Assembly (NCBI GenBank): GCA_013265495.1
Contig: MU058213.1
Span: forward strand, 3,906,001 to 3,970,000
Length of the DNA stretch: 64,000 bases
Direction of reading: 5' to 3'
From: Vicugna vicugna
Lineage: Eukaryota
Shown here in pieces: positions 1 through 13,600 of this stretch. Each line of letters opens with the position of its first letter. Within the stretch, counting starts at the first letter, position 1. The translations under genes were made by a program, and so were the position numbers. Below the pieces are notes generated by a model. That model saw nothing but the letters and a program-made list of their open reading frames with translations, ran no database searches and was not told the DNA's origin.

Positions 1-674
1 TCAAGTAGTAAATTTTGTTACATGAATTTTACCTCGATTTAAAAAATTTGTTGGAGAAATACACAATCCACAGTTAGACATCAATAATCCTCTTTCAACA
101 ACTGACAGAGCAACTAGACAGAAAATCAGCAAGGATAAATAACTCACCACCACCAACAACCAATAGGATCTAATTGATGTTTATAGACCATTTCACCCAA
201 AATGGCAGGATACATATTCTTTTTAAGGGCTCACAAAACAAATTTAAAGGAAATGGAATCATATTGAGTGTGTTCTCTGATCACAATGGAATCAAACTAG
301 AAATGAATAATTTTTTAAAAACAGGATGATTCCTAGACATTTGGGGACTAAATAACAAAAGAGAAAGTCTCAAGAAAATAGATACATTGGCGTTAATAAA
401 AATGTAAAACAAGACATCAAAACTTGTGAGACACAACTAAAAGAGTTTTGAGGGAAATTTATACTGCCAAGTGCATACATTTAGTAAAATGCATTTATAG
501 CAATAAGTGCATGCATGTAGGAAATGTCCCAAATCAACAATCTATGCTTCCTATACCTTAAGAACTCATAAAAAGGAATCAGAAAGAAAGAGCAGAAACC
601 AATGGAACTGAAAACAGAAAACCAATGGACAGTATCAATGAAACAAAAGGCTGGCTCTTTTTTTAAAAAATCCG

Positions 675-1880
675 TGAAACTGAAACCGTAATACTCCAAG
701 AAGAAAACGGTAAGCTCCTCTACTTCAGTCTTGGCAATAATTTTTTTCAATTTGACACCAAAAGCAAAAATAAACAGGTGAGATTACATCAAACTGGAAA
801 GTTTCATCAGAGCAAAGGAAACGTATGGAATGCAAGAAAACATTTGCGAATACTACCTCTGAGTTAATGTTAATGAGGGGTTAATGTCCAAAATATATAA
901 AGAAGTCATAAAACTCAATAGAAAAGAACCAAAAACTCTAATTAAAAAATCTAACAGACTTTTTTTCCAGCGAAGATACACAGATGGCCAACAGGTCCAT
1001 GAAGGGTGCTCAACATCACTAAATATGAAGGAAATGCAAATCAAAACAACTATGAGATACCAGAATAGCTATCATCAAAAAAACAAGAGATAGATACTAA
1101 GTGTTGAGTTGTGAGGATGTGGTAAAAGGGAATCCCTGTCACTGCTGGTGGGCATGTAAATTGGTGCAGCCACTATGGAAAACAGTATGGATGTTCCTCA
1201 AAAACTTAAAAGATAGAACTACCATATGATCCAGCAATCCCACTTCTGGGTATGTATCCAAAAGAAATGAAAATAGATCTTAATGAGATATCGGCACTCC
1301 CATGTTCATTGCAGCACTATTTACAATAGCTAAAATATGGAAACAACCTAATTGTCCATCAACAGATGAAATGGTTAAAGCAAATGTGGAATATTCAGCC
1401 ATAAAAAAGGAAATCCTACCGTCTGTGACAACATGAAATGGAACTTGAGGGTATCATGCTAAGTGAAATGAGCTGGACAAAAAGACAAATATTACATGCT
1501 AACACTTAGGTGTGGAATCCAAAATGGAAAAAAACATGTCAGATTCATTGAAACAGTTGAAAAGTGGTTGCCAGAGGCTTGGGAGATGGGAGAAATAGGA
1601 AGAGGTTGGTAAAACAGTACAAATTTACAGCTCTAAGATGAATAAGGTCTGAAGATTTATGTAAAACATGGTAACTACAGTTGATAACACTCTGAAATTT
1701 GCAGAGTAGAATTTAAATATTCTCACAAAAAAAGATAAATATATGAGGTGACAGATGTGTTGACTAGATGGGGTAATCTTTTCACAATGCAAACATTTAT
1801 CAAATCACCATTATGTACACTTTAAATATCTTACCACTTTATATGTCAGTTATACCTCAAGAAAGCTGAAATAAAAAAAA
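675..1880 (+). mobile_element. L1MA-like 3' end nested in the older L1
   Basis: ORF2 C-terminus (MQIKTTMRY), L1 3' UTR and A-rich tail at ~1870; host L1 ORF2 resumes afterwards. Confidence 0.75.
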
Positions 1881-3089
1881 AATTATAACAAAAAACCTAA
1901 TGCAAGAGTGACCAAATAAACAAACTACCATTATCAGGAATGAAACATGGGATAGCACTAGAGACTCTGCAGACCTTAAAAGAATTAAAGGTATAGTACA
2001 AACAATTCTACACACACCTAAGTTTGACAGCTTAGACAAAAAAGATCCCTTCCTTGAGAAACTCAAGCCACCAAAACTCACCAAATATGAAATAAGATAA
2101 TTTGAATAGCTCTATTAAGTAACTATTAAAAATATTAAATTAATATTTTAAAACTCTCAAAAAAAATAAAGCTCCAAACCAAGATGGTTTCACTGGAAAA
2201 TTCTATCAAATATTTAAAGAAGAATTAACACCAATTCTAAACAATCTCTTCCATAAAACAGGAGAGGAAGAAGTACTTCCCTATTCATTTTATGAAGAAA
2301 ATATTACCCTGACACCAGTATAAACAAGCAAAAACTAAAAACCCATATTCCTCATGAATATGGATGCAAAAATCCTTAACACAATATTAGAAAAATAAAA
2401 TCCAGCCACATATTAAAAGACACATACACCATGACCAAGTGGGGTTTATTCCAGTGATGCAGGTGGTTCAGTACCTACCAAAATCAATCAATGGGATCCA
2501 CTAGGCTAAAGAAGAAAAAGCATATGATGAATAGATGTAGGAATAGATGTAGGAAAAGCATATGAGGATATATTCAACAGCCTTTCATGATAAAAATCTT
2601 CAGAAAACAGCAAAGAGAACGTCTTCAACTTAATAAAGAATATCTACCAAAAAATCAACAATTAACAGAACACTTTTCCCTGATACATAACAAAGAAAGT
2701 TGATGTCTACTCTCATCACTCTTATTCAACACAGTGCTAGCCAGTGCTGGGAGTTTTACCCAGTCCAATAAACAAAAAAAGTAAATAAAAGGTGTACACA
2801 TAAGAAAGCAAGAAGTAAAACAGTCCCTATTTGCAGAAGACATGACTATGTATGGAAAAACAAACCAACACCTACAGCTACTAAGTGAATTCAACAAGGT
2901 CATGAGGTACAAGGTAAGTATTAAAAACTCAATTCATTAGCAACAAGTATGTGGACACTGAAATTAAAACTTAAATTCAATTTACAATCACTCAAAAAAC
3001 TGAAACACATGCAAATCTAACAAAACACGTACAGAATTTGTATGCTGAAAACTGTAAACACATGAAAAAATTCAAAGATCATCTAAATA

Positions 3090-3282
3090 GAGCTGACCCT
3101 TGAACAACATAGGGGTTAATCTGCAAACAGTATACAGTCGGCCCTCGATAACCCATTCCTCCACATGAGCAGACTGAACAAGCCACGAACCGTGTAGTAG
3201 TACTGTAGTAGTTACTACTGAAAAATATTTGAATGTAAGTGGACCCACTCAGTTCAAACCTGTGTTGTTCAAAGGTCAACTG
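3090..3282 (-). mobile_element. Tigger2-derived MITE (TcMar-Tigger)
   Basis: Terminal inverted repeats (g)agctgacccttgaacaaca ... tgttgttcaaaggtcaactg flanked by TA at 3088-3089 and 3283-3284; host L1 continues across the site. Confidence 0.85.
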
Positions 3283-4571
3283 TAAATGGATAATCAAACC
3301 ATGTTCATGGACTAGAAGACTCAATATAGTGAACATGTCAACTGTCTCCAAATTGATAGTCAGATTTAATCTAATTCCTGTCAAATCCTTAGAAGACTAT
3401 TTGTAGACAGAGATACGATGATTCTAACTTTATACAGAAAGGCAAAGGAAGTAGAGTAACTAAAACAATTTTCAAGACTAGTATTGGTGGAGAGACACAG
3501 TCACATAGATAAACAGATAAAACAGAGATCCCAGGAATAGGCCCGTACAAATATGCTCAACTGTGTTTTTTAAACAAAGGTGCAAAAAGCCATTCAGTGA
3601 AAGAGAGATAACCTTCCAACAAATGGTGTGGAGCAACTGGACACACACAAGAAAACATGGAAGCTTTACCTAAGTCTCATACCATATAAACAAAAAATTA
3701 ACAGAAAATAAAACCATTTAGGGGAGAAAAAAAAAAGGTGAAGTTCTTCAGGATCTAAGCAAAGGCTTCCTAGAGTTGATACTGAAAGTACAGTCTATAA
3801 AAACAGAAATTGATAAACTGGACTTAATAGAAATTTGAAAACATTTGCTTGGAGAAAGACCTTGTAAAGAGAATGCAAAGACAAGCTACAGACTAGGAGA
3901 AAATATTTGTAAATCACACACCTGACATAGGGCTGTTATCTAGACTACATTAAGAACTATCAAAATTGTACAATAATTGAACAAAAAACATCCAATTAAA
4001 AAACTGACAAATCGTCTTGACTTGAAGTCAGCTTTGTTGATACTACTGTTTAATACCACATCCCGTGGTTTTCTGACTACTCAGTCTATGTATTAACAAG
4101 GAGTACTGAAGTCTTCAATTATAAATATGGATTTGTTTATTTCTCCTTCAAGTTTTATCAGTTTTGCTTCCTGTATTTTGAAGTCTTATTTAGGTTCATA
4201 CACCTTTAGGGCTATTAACAGCGTCTAGATGAATTTAGCCTGTTATGATCATGATTTCTACTCTAACTTCCTTTTTGATGAGTGTCTGTATGGTTTATCT
4301 TTATACTCTTGCTTTTAAACTACATGTGTCTTCATATTACAATTATGTTTCTCATAGACAACACAGTTGCATCATGCTTTTGATGCAGTGTGTGAACTGC
4401 TGCCTGGATCTAGCTTTTTTATCCAGCCGGAAAATTTGATTGTTGTGTTCATACTACTTACATATAATGTAATTATCAACACAGTTGGGTTTAAATCTAA
4501 TATCTTTCTACTACTTCATCTCAGAATAATACTCATCTTTTTAAATCATTCTTTCAATTTCCAGAACTTAC

Positions 4572-4679
4572 TTCTAGTTTCTTTTTATGTATTTCAGCTT
4601 GTTCTTCCTGGTACAATTCCTGTCGCACTTGTTCTAAATCTTCACGTTGCCGCAGAGTTTCTTCCAATCTCTGAGTCAG
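4572..4679 (-). CDS. MNS1: MNS1 exon 7 (108 nt)
   Basis: Acceptor taatag|CTG, donor GAA|gtaagt; [36 protein letters not shown]; preceded by a 99-nt intron. Confidence 0.95.
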
Positions 4680-7600
4680 CTATTAAATTAAAAAACACAC
4701 AAACATGTATAGGAATCACATTCTATAACAAATATTACAGAATTTCTCCAATGTTTAAAAAAATGGTTATTTTACTACCATATTCTGAAGCTGTTGCCTT
4801 TTTTCTTCATTTTCTTGAACTTTTGCCATCCGATCTTCTTCTCTTTGTTCCTGCATCTTGGCAAACTCTATGATTTTTCTGTTTTCTTCTTCCATCTCCT
4901 CACGTTTCTTTTTTCTCCAGAGGGCCTGCTCTTTCTTAAACTCTTCTATATATCTTCGAGTTGTATTCATTTTTTCTAACTTATGTTGTCTTTCCCTAAT
5001 AAGTAACAGTGAGTGCATTTTTATAGTAACAGAGATAATAAAATATCCAAAAAATGTGCCTTTTCTTTCAGTTGATAATAATGTGGAGAAAATTTACAGT
5101 TTGTTCATTCATGCATGCAGCGAACATTCTGAGTGTCTACTATGTGCCACTAAATACAGACACGTAAGAATTTTCTGAGTAAATTACTACAATGTTTCTT
5201 CTCTAACCTATACTGAAGTTTTATTTCAGAAAGACCACAACCCATTTATATAAGCCTTCTACCATTCTACACTTTAGCTGTCTACCAAGGAAACGACATA
5301 AAACAAGTCCTCTGACATATGATATGGGCATATTTAAGAAAAACAAAGGTTTAGTCACTGTCAATAAGTATTTATTAATTATCAATTATCATGCTAACAA
5401 AGATAAATAAGAGTTGGTCTCAGTTTATGTGATAACATTTCCTGAGGACTTAACTAGGTATTAGGCACTGACTAGGTGATTTACTCCTCACAACAAGCCT
5501 GAGATAAAGCTAATATAAACATTTAGGCATGTAAGAAAGTCGGGATAAACTTACAATTGATCTTCTTCGTAGATTTTCCTAACAATTTCATCAATCATGA
5601 GTTTCTCTTTCAGCAACTGCTCATAAGCTTCCTGCTTTTTCTTTTCTTGTTCTTCAAGTTGTTTCTCTAAGTCAAGATTATACTGTGCTTTTACTTTGTT
5701 TCGTTTGTCCTCTGCAGCATTCTCTTCCTTTATTAACCTCTCATGTTCTTCCATCATAGTTTTGGCTATTTCAGCATCACGTTTCTATTATTAAAACAAA
5801 ATTAATCTTTCCATTTTCAAATCGGAGCACAGTATGATACAATATTTTTAACAGATGGAACTGAATATTATAAAGCCTGCTACATAAAATATTTTCATCT
5901 GTGTAGGTAAAAAGCAAAGGTAAATCACTGTCACCTGAAGGGTTTAAATTATGAGTCAAACCCTACGGAGGCTTTTCCATTCAAGTAGCTCTCTCAGGGC
6001 AATACATGATATGGAGAGTAACTCCACATGTGAAAAACAGTAAGTAAAGTAAAGTACTTTATTAATAACTTAACCATGCTAACTGCCAAAACAGTCATCT
6101 TTTCCTTCTGTTTAAAAGTTGATGTGGGCAATTTTCAGATTTTAGCTCCACTGGATATCAGCTACTATCTTCCTCATACAGATCTGCTATTAAATAGCTC
6201 TGAGCAGCTCTTAAGTTTCTCCCAGCCTAAAGTTTCTTTCCCAACACTAGTCTTTGAAGTACCCCCCTTACTCCTTTATTAAAGGCCCTTTGTAATCACT
6301 AACTTAAAAGGGTCACATATGTTACTGTGCCTGTTTTCTCAGGTTTTAATTCACTCATTCAAGACAGTTCCTTCTTAATTAGACATAATCTTGCTTCCTG
6401 AAAGGGTTAAACTCCTTACTTGTTTTGAGCATTTTGAAATCATTTGACAATGGTTTTTAAGTAAATTTATTGGGGCTATTTTAAAAATTTACCCTTTACC
6501 ATTATGATCACATCCCAAATTCTAGAATGGTTAGCAGCATCAAATATAAAAGAAACAGATAAAATATTAATGCTAAATGCCACTCCTGACCTAATTGATG
6601 CCTTTAACATATACACTGTTAATATGACTTGACCAAAATTCTTTCTTTCCTTCCATTTTCTTACCACTTGTGGTACTAGACTCTTTAGGAAAAATACGAA
6701 ATAACGAAAACATGTATCTACAGGTTGCCACACTTGGTGGAAATAGTGTTCTCATTTCACAGATAAGAAAACTAAGGCTGAGAGAGAGAGAACCAAAACT
6801 AGCACCTAAATATCCTGACACCTAGTCAAGTGCTACGAGTATTTGACTTTAATTTTTGTGGGTCAACTTTATTTAGAATGTAACAGCAATTCTTTCAAGA
6901 TTCGGATTAAAATGTCTACAGTTGCCTTAAAAGCCCTCAATTACCAGAATAATTAAAACTGCAAACTACTGGTCAAATAGTACACTGTTTATAGTATACT
7001 TAGTTTTTGAAAGGATAGAGTAGAACTATATGGCTTCTGAAGTGAAATCTCCTTACCATCTCCTACCATCTGCCAGACGAAAGGCTGTCACTGTTAACAG
7101 CATGCTGTAGAGCCCTCCAGATTTTTCCTGTGCTAACACACATGCCACACATGTATCACTGTGGCCAGCACCTATTCTTATTTGATCCCTACATAACACG
7201 ACACTGATTACATGTTTTGGTATCACCCCTCTAACTGTACATGTGAACAGGTGTGTGTAGACATACACAACATGTATATACATACACTGATATGCACATA
7301 CATATATGTACAGGTTTTTAAAAACAAAGTAGTCTGTGATATGTATTATTCTCCAACTTGTTTTTTTTTTCCTTACAACTTGCTTTTTGTCTTTTTAACC
7401 TATAATATATTCTGGCCACCTTTAAAAGCCAGAACATTTGCCGCTACCTTTCTCTTTAATAGCCGTATATCATCTTTGAAAGGGATACAGGAAAGAGGGA
7501 ACACTACTCTCAAAATGCTCTGCAAAATAACAGAGAATTGAGAGAAGGGAACTGAAAGGACTGTGTAATGTTGCAATCAGACCTTTTCATCTCTGTCTAG

Positions 7601-10600
7601 CCTTTCTGAGTGACAATGAGAGTTCGAGTAATGATGTGCACTCTGCTTGTAAATGTAAATAAATCCTACTTTATATTATACTGAGTAACACTACCGCTGA
7701 GAATCTGAAACGCCTTTGCCCAAGAGTGACTATTACCCTGAACTAGGCAGCAGGACAGGAGGAAGAAAAGAGGATGAAAATAGAAGAAAATATGAGAAGA
7801 TTGCTGTTTATAAAGCAGAAAAAGTTTCCTAAAGTTATACAATAGTTTTATTTTTTAACACATTTAAAAAAAATTTAATAACATTCTAAAATATACTGAT
7901 CATACTAACAACCTGTATTGGTTTGTCAAAGAATAATCAGTTAGAAACCATTAAGAATGCTGGGAGTTACAGAATATAGCTATTCATTCTAAGCAGTAAC
8001 CTAAATCTTTGTGTCTCTGAAAGGCTCTAATATTAAATTACCCAAGGCTAAATATCCATAATTTCCTGCACCTTAAGGATCTGAAAAGTATAAAAGCCTT
8101 TAAGAAATCTGACAGTGTAAATTCTTTATAGTATGCAACAATTTCCAAAAAGTTGGTTTTCTAAATGAAGCTACAAATACAGAAAACAATGACCAAAAAT
8201 GTAATTACCATTTGCTCATATTTAATGGCATCCTTTTCAGCAATTTGAGCTGCTCTTTCTTTATTCATGTAAGCTGCTTTTAATTTCTTCTCCAATTCTC
8301 TGAGTTCAAAACTGTTTTTAAAAAAGCCAGAAATTTAAATTTAAGTACCATATATCTTACTATTTTAAAAATAATATATATGCAATTTAAAAGGATTTTT
8401 TCTAAATGTATAACAGATATTTATGTTATTTTTAAGATATTTTGAAATTCATTTCTCCATTTGTCAAAAGAAAAATTAAAATACATGTGAAATGATAAAC
8501 TATAATTAATTTTTCTAAACAAAACACTTTCATTTTTAAATCTAATCACTACAAGTCTTTCTGCCAGTGCCTGGCTCAGAAAAGGTACTGAATCAATACT
8601 GGTTAAAATTTCTGTCCAGTTACTAATTGAGCTAAAAGAAAAACTGTAGTGGAGGGGTTTAAACCTATGCAAGTTACTTAAATTTTGTACTTCAGTTTTG
8701 CTATCTGAAAAGGGGTAGTCTGAGGAATTAAAGTTAATGTGTATAAAGTAAATACTCTATATACAGTAACTATTTTGATGGTGATGAATAGGGAGTAACG
8801 TGGGCAAGTTTGCTTCACTTTGCTGGCCTAATCTTATCTGTTAAAAAATGGGGATTGGCCTAACTATCCTTTAAAATAGGAGACATAAAGAACTTCATAG
8901 ACAAGCTAAAACTAAAGAATTTAGCAACACTACACATATGCTAAAAGAAATACTGAAAGGTCTACTCTAAATAGAAAAGGAAGCAGGATGCTACAGAAAG
9001 GAGAAAACCATAATTGGGAAGACGATAACTACCATGAATTACAACAGAATAAAAGTGAAATTGTAAAAGAGGGTGGGAGAAGGAAGCAAGAAAATATAGG
9101 GATTTTTTTCTTTTTTAAATTTTTTCTCGGTAGGATGGGTTTGAGCTTATATTCCTATCTGTTTAAACAATTACAGTAATGAGTTAATATACATACAAAA
9201 CAGGGTAACTACAAGCCAAAAACTTACAATAGAGTCACAAAAAATAAAAAATAAAACCAAGATAATACAAAGAAAAATTACCAAACCACAAAAAGAAAAG
9301 GAACAAAGAGGAAATACCAAATCAACTGCAAAACTAAGCTCAAAATAGCAGTAAACACACATCTATCATTAATTACTGTAAATGTAATGGACTAAATGCT
9401 CCAATGAAAAGGCAGAGTGGCAGACTGGATAATAAAGCAAGAACCTTCAGTATGCTGCATACAAAAGACCCACTTAAGGGAGAAGGACTCATATAGATTG
9501 AAAGTGAGAGGATGGAAAACAATATTCCACGCAAATGGAAAAGCCAAGAAAGCAGGAGTAGCAATACTGATTTCAGACAAAATAGACTTTAAAACAAAGG
9601 CCATAAAGAAAGATAAAGAAGGACATTTTATAATGATTAAAGGAGTAGTACAAGATAAAGATACACTCATTAATATATATGCACCCATATAGGAGCACCT
9701 AAGTACATAAACCAACTACTAACAGAGATAAAGGGGGAAACTGATGGGCATACAATGATTGTCGGAGACTTTAACACCACATTAACATCACTGGAGAGAT
9801 CTTACAGACAGAAAATAAATAAGGCAACAGAGAAATTAAATGATACAATAGAAAAATTAGATTTGGTGGACATTTTCAGAACATTCCACCTCCCAAAAAT
9901 AGAATATACATTCTTTTCAAGTGCACATGGAACGTTTTCTAGGGTTGATCATGTACTTGGGCACAAAAGAAGACTCAAGAATTTTAAGAAGATAGAAATT
10001 AACTCAAGCATCTTTTCTGACCACAATGCCATGAAACTAGAAATCAACTACAGAAAAACAAAGGAGAAAAAAATGACAGCATGGAGATTAAACAACATGC
10101 TACTAAAAAACCAGTGGGTCAATGATGAAGTCAAAGTTGAAATTAAAAAATACCTTGAGACAAATGATAATGAAAAGACAACCACACAATGGGACGCAGC
10201 AAAGGCACTGCTAAGAGAAAAGTTTACAGGGATACAGGCCTTCCTCAAAAAAAAAAAAAAAGAACAATCTCAAATAATCTAACACACAAGCTAAAAGAAT
10301 TAGAAAAATAAGAGCAAAAAAACCCACAAGTCAGCAGAAGGAAGGAAATAGTAAAGATAAGGGAGTAAATAAATAAAATAGAGATTAAAAAAATAGAAAA
10401 AAATCAATCAATCCAGCAACTGGTTTTTTGAAAGAGTAAATAAAACTGACAAACATCTGGCCAAGCTCACAAAGAAGAGAAAAGATAGCACAAATAAGCA
10501 AAATAAGAAAGGAAAATGGAGAAATTACAACAAATAACATAGAAATACAGAATATCATACAAGAATATTATGAAAAACTGTATGGAAACAAAATAGATTA

Positions 10601-13600
10601 CCTAGAGGAGATAGACAAGTTTCTGGAAACATACAGTCCACCAAGACTAAATCAAGAAGAAACTGACCATTTGAACAAACAGATCATTAGAAATGAAATC
10701 AAATTAGCAATAAAAAAAAAACCTCCCTACAAATAAAAATCCAGGACCAGATAGCTTCACTGGGGAATTCTACCAAACATACAAAGAGGAACTCATACCA
10801 GTCCTCAAACTCTTCCAGAAGATTGAAAAGGAGGAAGTACTCCCAAACTCATTCTATGAAGCCACCATCACCCTGATACCAAAACCAGGCAAAGACACTA
10901 CCAAAAAAGAGAACTACAGACCAGTATCACAATGAACATAGATGCAAAAATCCTCACCAAAATATTAACAAATGGAATCCAACAGTACATAAAAAAGATT
11001 ATACACCACGATCAAGTGGGGTCCATCCCAGGGACACAAGGGTGGTTCAACATACACAAATCAATCAATGTGATACACCACATCAACAAAAGAAAAGACA
11101 AAATCCACATGAGCATCAATACATGCAGAAAAAGCATTTGATAAAATTCAACACCCATTCATGATAAAACTCTCAAAGTGGATATAGAGAGAACATATCT
11201 CAACATAATAAAAGCTATATATGACAAGCCTACAGCCAGCATAGTAGTCAATGGTGAAAAACTGAAAGCCTTCCCACTAAAATCTGGGACAAGACAAGGA
11301 TGCCCACTATCACCACTCCTATTCAACATAGTCTTCGAAGTCCTAGCAACAGCAATCAGCCAAGAGAGAGAAATAAAAGGATCCAAACTGGAAAAGAAGA
11401 GGTAAAATTGTCACTATAGGCAGACAACATGATACTATATATAGAAATGCCTAAAAGTTTCACACAAAACTACTAGAACTAGTAAAAAGAATTCAGTAAG
11501 TTAGCAGGATACGAGATTAATGTACAAAAATCAGTTGCATTTCTTTAACAGTGAATCAACAGGAAAAGTAAGGAAACAATCCCCTTTAAAATAGCCCCCA
11601 AAGTAATAAAATACCTAGGAATAAATCTAACCAAGGAGGTGAAAGACTTACACATGGAGAACTATAAACCATTGATTAAGGAAATTAAAGAAGACGTAAG
11701 AAAATGGAAAGATATCCCATGCTCTTGGATTGGAAGAATCAATATTGTTAAAATGGTCATACTGCCCAAGGCAATCTACAGGTTTAATGCAATCCCTATC
11801 AAATTACCCAGGACATATTTCACAGAACTAGAAAAAACATAATGAAATTTATATGGAACCACAAAAGACCTAGAATTGCCGAAGTTTTACTGAAGAAAAA
11901 GAATTGAGGCTGGAGGAATAACCCTCCCAGACTTCAGACAATACTACAGAGCTACAATAATCAAAACAGCATGGTATTGATATAAAAACAGACATATGGA
12001 TCAATAGAACAGAATAGAGAGCCCAGAAATGAACCCACAAACTTTTGGTCAACTAATCTTCAACAAAGGAGGCAAGAACATACAATGGAACAAAGACAGT
12101 CTCTTCATCAAATGGTGAGAAAACTGGACAGCAGCGTGTTAATCATTGGAGCTAGAACATTCCCTTAACCATACACAAAAGTAAACTCAAATGGATCAAA
12201 GACTTAAACATAAGACAAGATACAATAAACCTCCTAGAAGAAAAAAAACATAGGCAAAACATTATCTGACATACATCTCAAAACTGTTCTCCTAGGGCAG
12301 TCTACCCTAGCAATAGAAATAAAAGCAAGAATAAACAAATGGGACCTAATTAAACTTACAAGCTTCTGCACAGCAAAGGAAACCATAAGCAAAACAAAAT
12401 GACAACAATTAGAATGGGAGAAAATTTTTGCCAAAGATCAAACTGACAAAAGCTTGATCTCCAGAACATATAAGCAGTTCATAAGACTTAAGAAAAAAAC
12501 AAACAATCCAATCCAAAAATGGGCAGAAGACCTAAACAAGCAATTCTCCAATGAAAACATATGAATGATCAATAGGCACATGAAAAAATGCTCAATATCA
12601 CTGATTATCAGAGAAGAGAATGCAAATCAAAACTACAATGAGGTATCACCTCACACCTGTCAGAATGGCCTTCATTCAAAAGCCCACAAATGACAAATGC
12701 TGGAGAAGGTGTGGAGAAAAGGGAACCCTCCTGCACTGCTGGTGGGAATGCAGTTTGGTACAGCCATTATGGAAAACAGCACGGAGATTCCTCAAAAGAC
12801 TAAAATTAGACTTACCATATGACCCAGCAATCCTACTCCTGGGCATATATCCAGAAGGAACCCTATTTCAAAAAGACACCTGCACCCCAACGTTCATAGC
12901 GGCACTATTTACAATAGCCAAGACATGGAAACAGCCTAAATGGCCATCAACAGATGACTGGATAAAGAAATTGTGGTGTATTTATACAGTGGAATACTAT
13001 TCAGATATAAAAAATGACAATATAACACCATTTACAGTAACATGGATGTCTCTGGAGAATGTCATTCTAAGTGATGTAAGCCAGAAAGAGAAAGAAAGAA
13101 CACTATATGAGATCGCTCTTATGTGGAATCTAAATAAGGAAAAAAAAAAAGACAAATGAACTTAAATATAAAAGAAACTCACATAGACTACAAACTTGTG
13201 GTTGCCAGGGAGGACAGCGGTGGGAAGGGACAGACTGGGAGTTTGAGATACGTAGATACTGACAGGTATATATAGAAAACACAAATAAGTTTATACTGTA
13301 TAGCACAGGGAAATATATACAAGATCTTGTTGTAGCTCATAGTGAAAAAGAATATGAAAATGAATATATTTATATTCATGTACGACTAAAAAATTGTGCT
13401 GTACAGCAGAAATTGACACAACATTGTAAACTGACTATAACTCAATAAAAAAATAAATTAAAAATTTTTTTAAAAAATGGGGATTGGCCTAAGATAATCT
13501 CTGCATTATTTTTAAATCTATCACTTCCCTAACCTTAGTGAAAATATGCCCTACAAAAGTGTTCGTTTTTATGTGCCAGTCATAATCCCGAATATGATAG

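Larger units (their letters stand above)
50..4010 (+). mobile_element. Old L1 (L1M-type) ORF2 remnant, interrupted by younger insertions
   Basis: Degenerate endonuclease/RT-region sequence (e.g. ccagatggtttcactggaaaattctatcaaa, accatgaccaagtggggtttatt) with many stops and frameshifts. Boundaries approximate. Confidence 0.8.

Noticed and set aside
4367..5178. Hydrophobic + strand ORFs of 168, 61 and 106 aa
   Set aside because: Antisense shadows of the E/K/Q-rich MNS1 exons 6-7.
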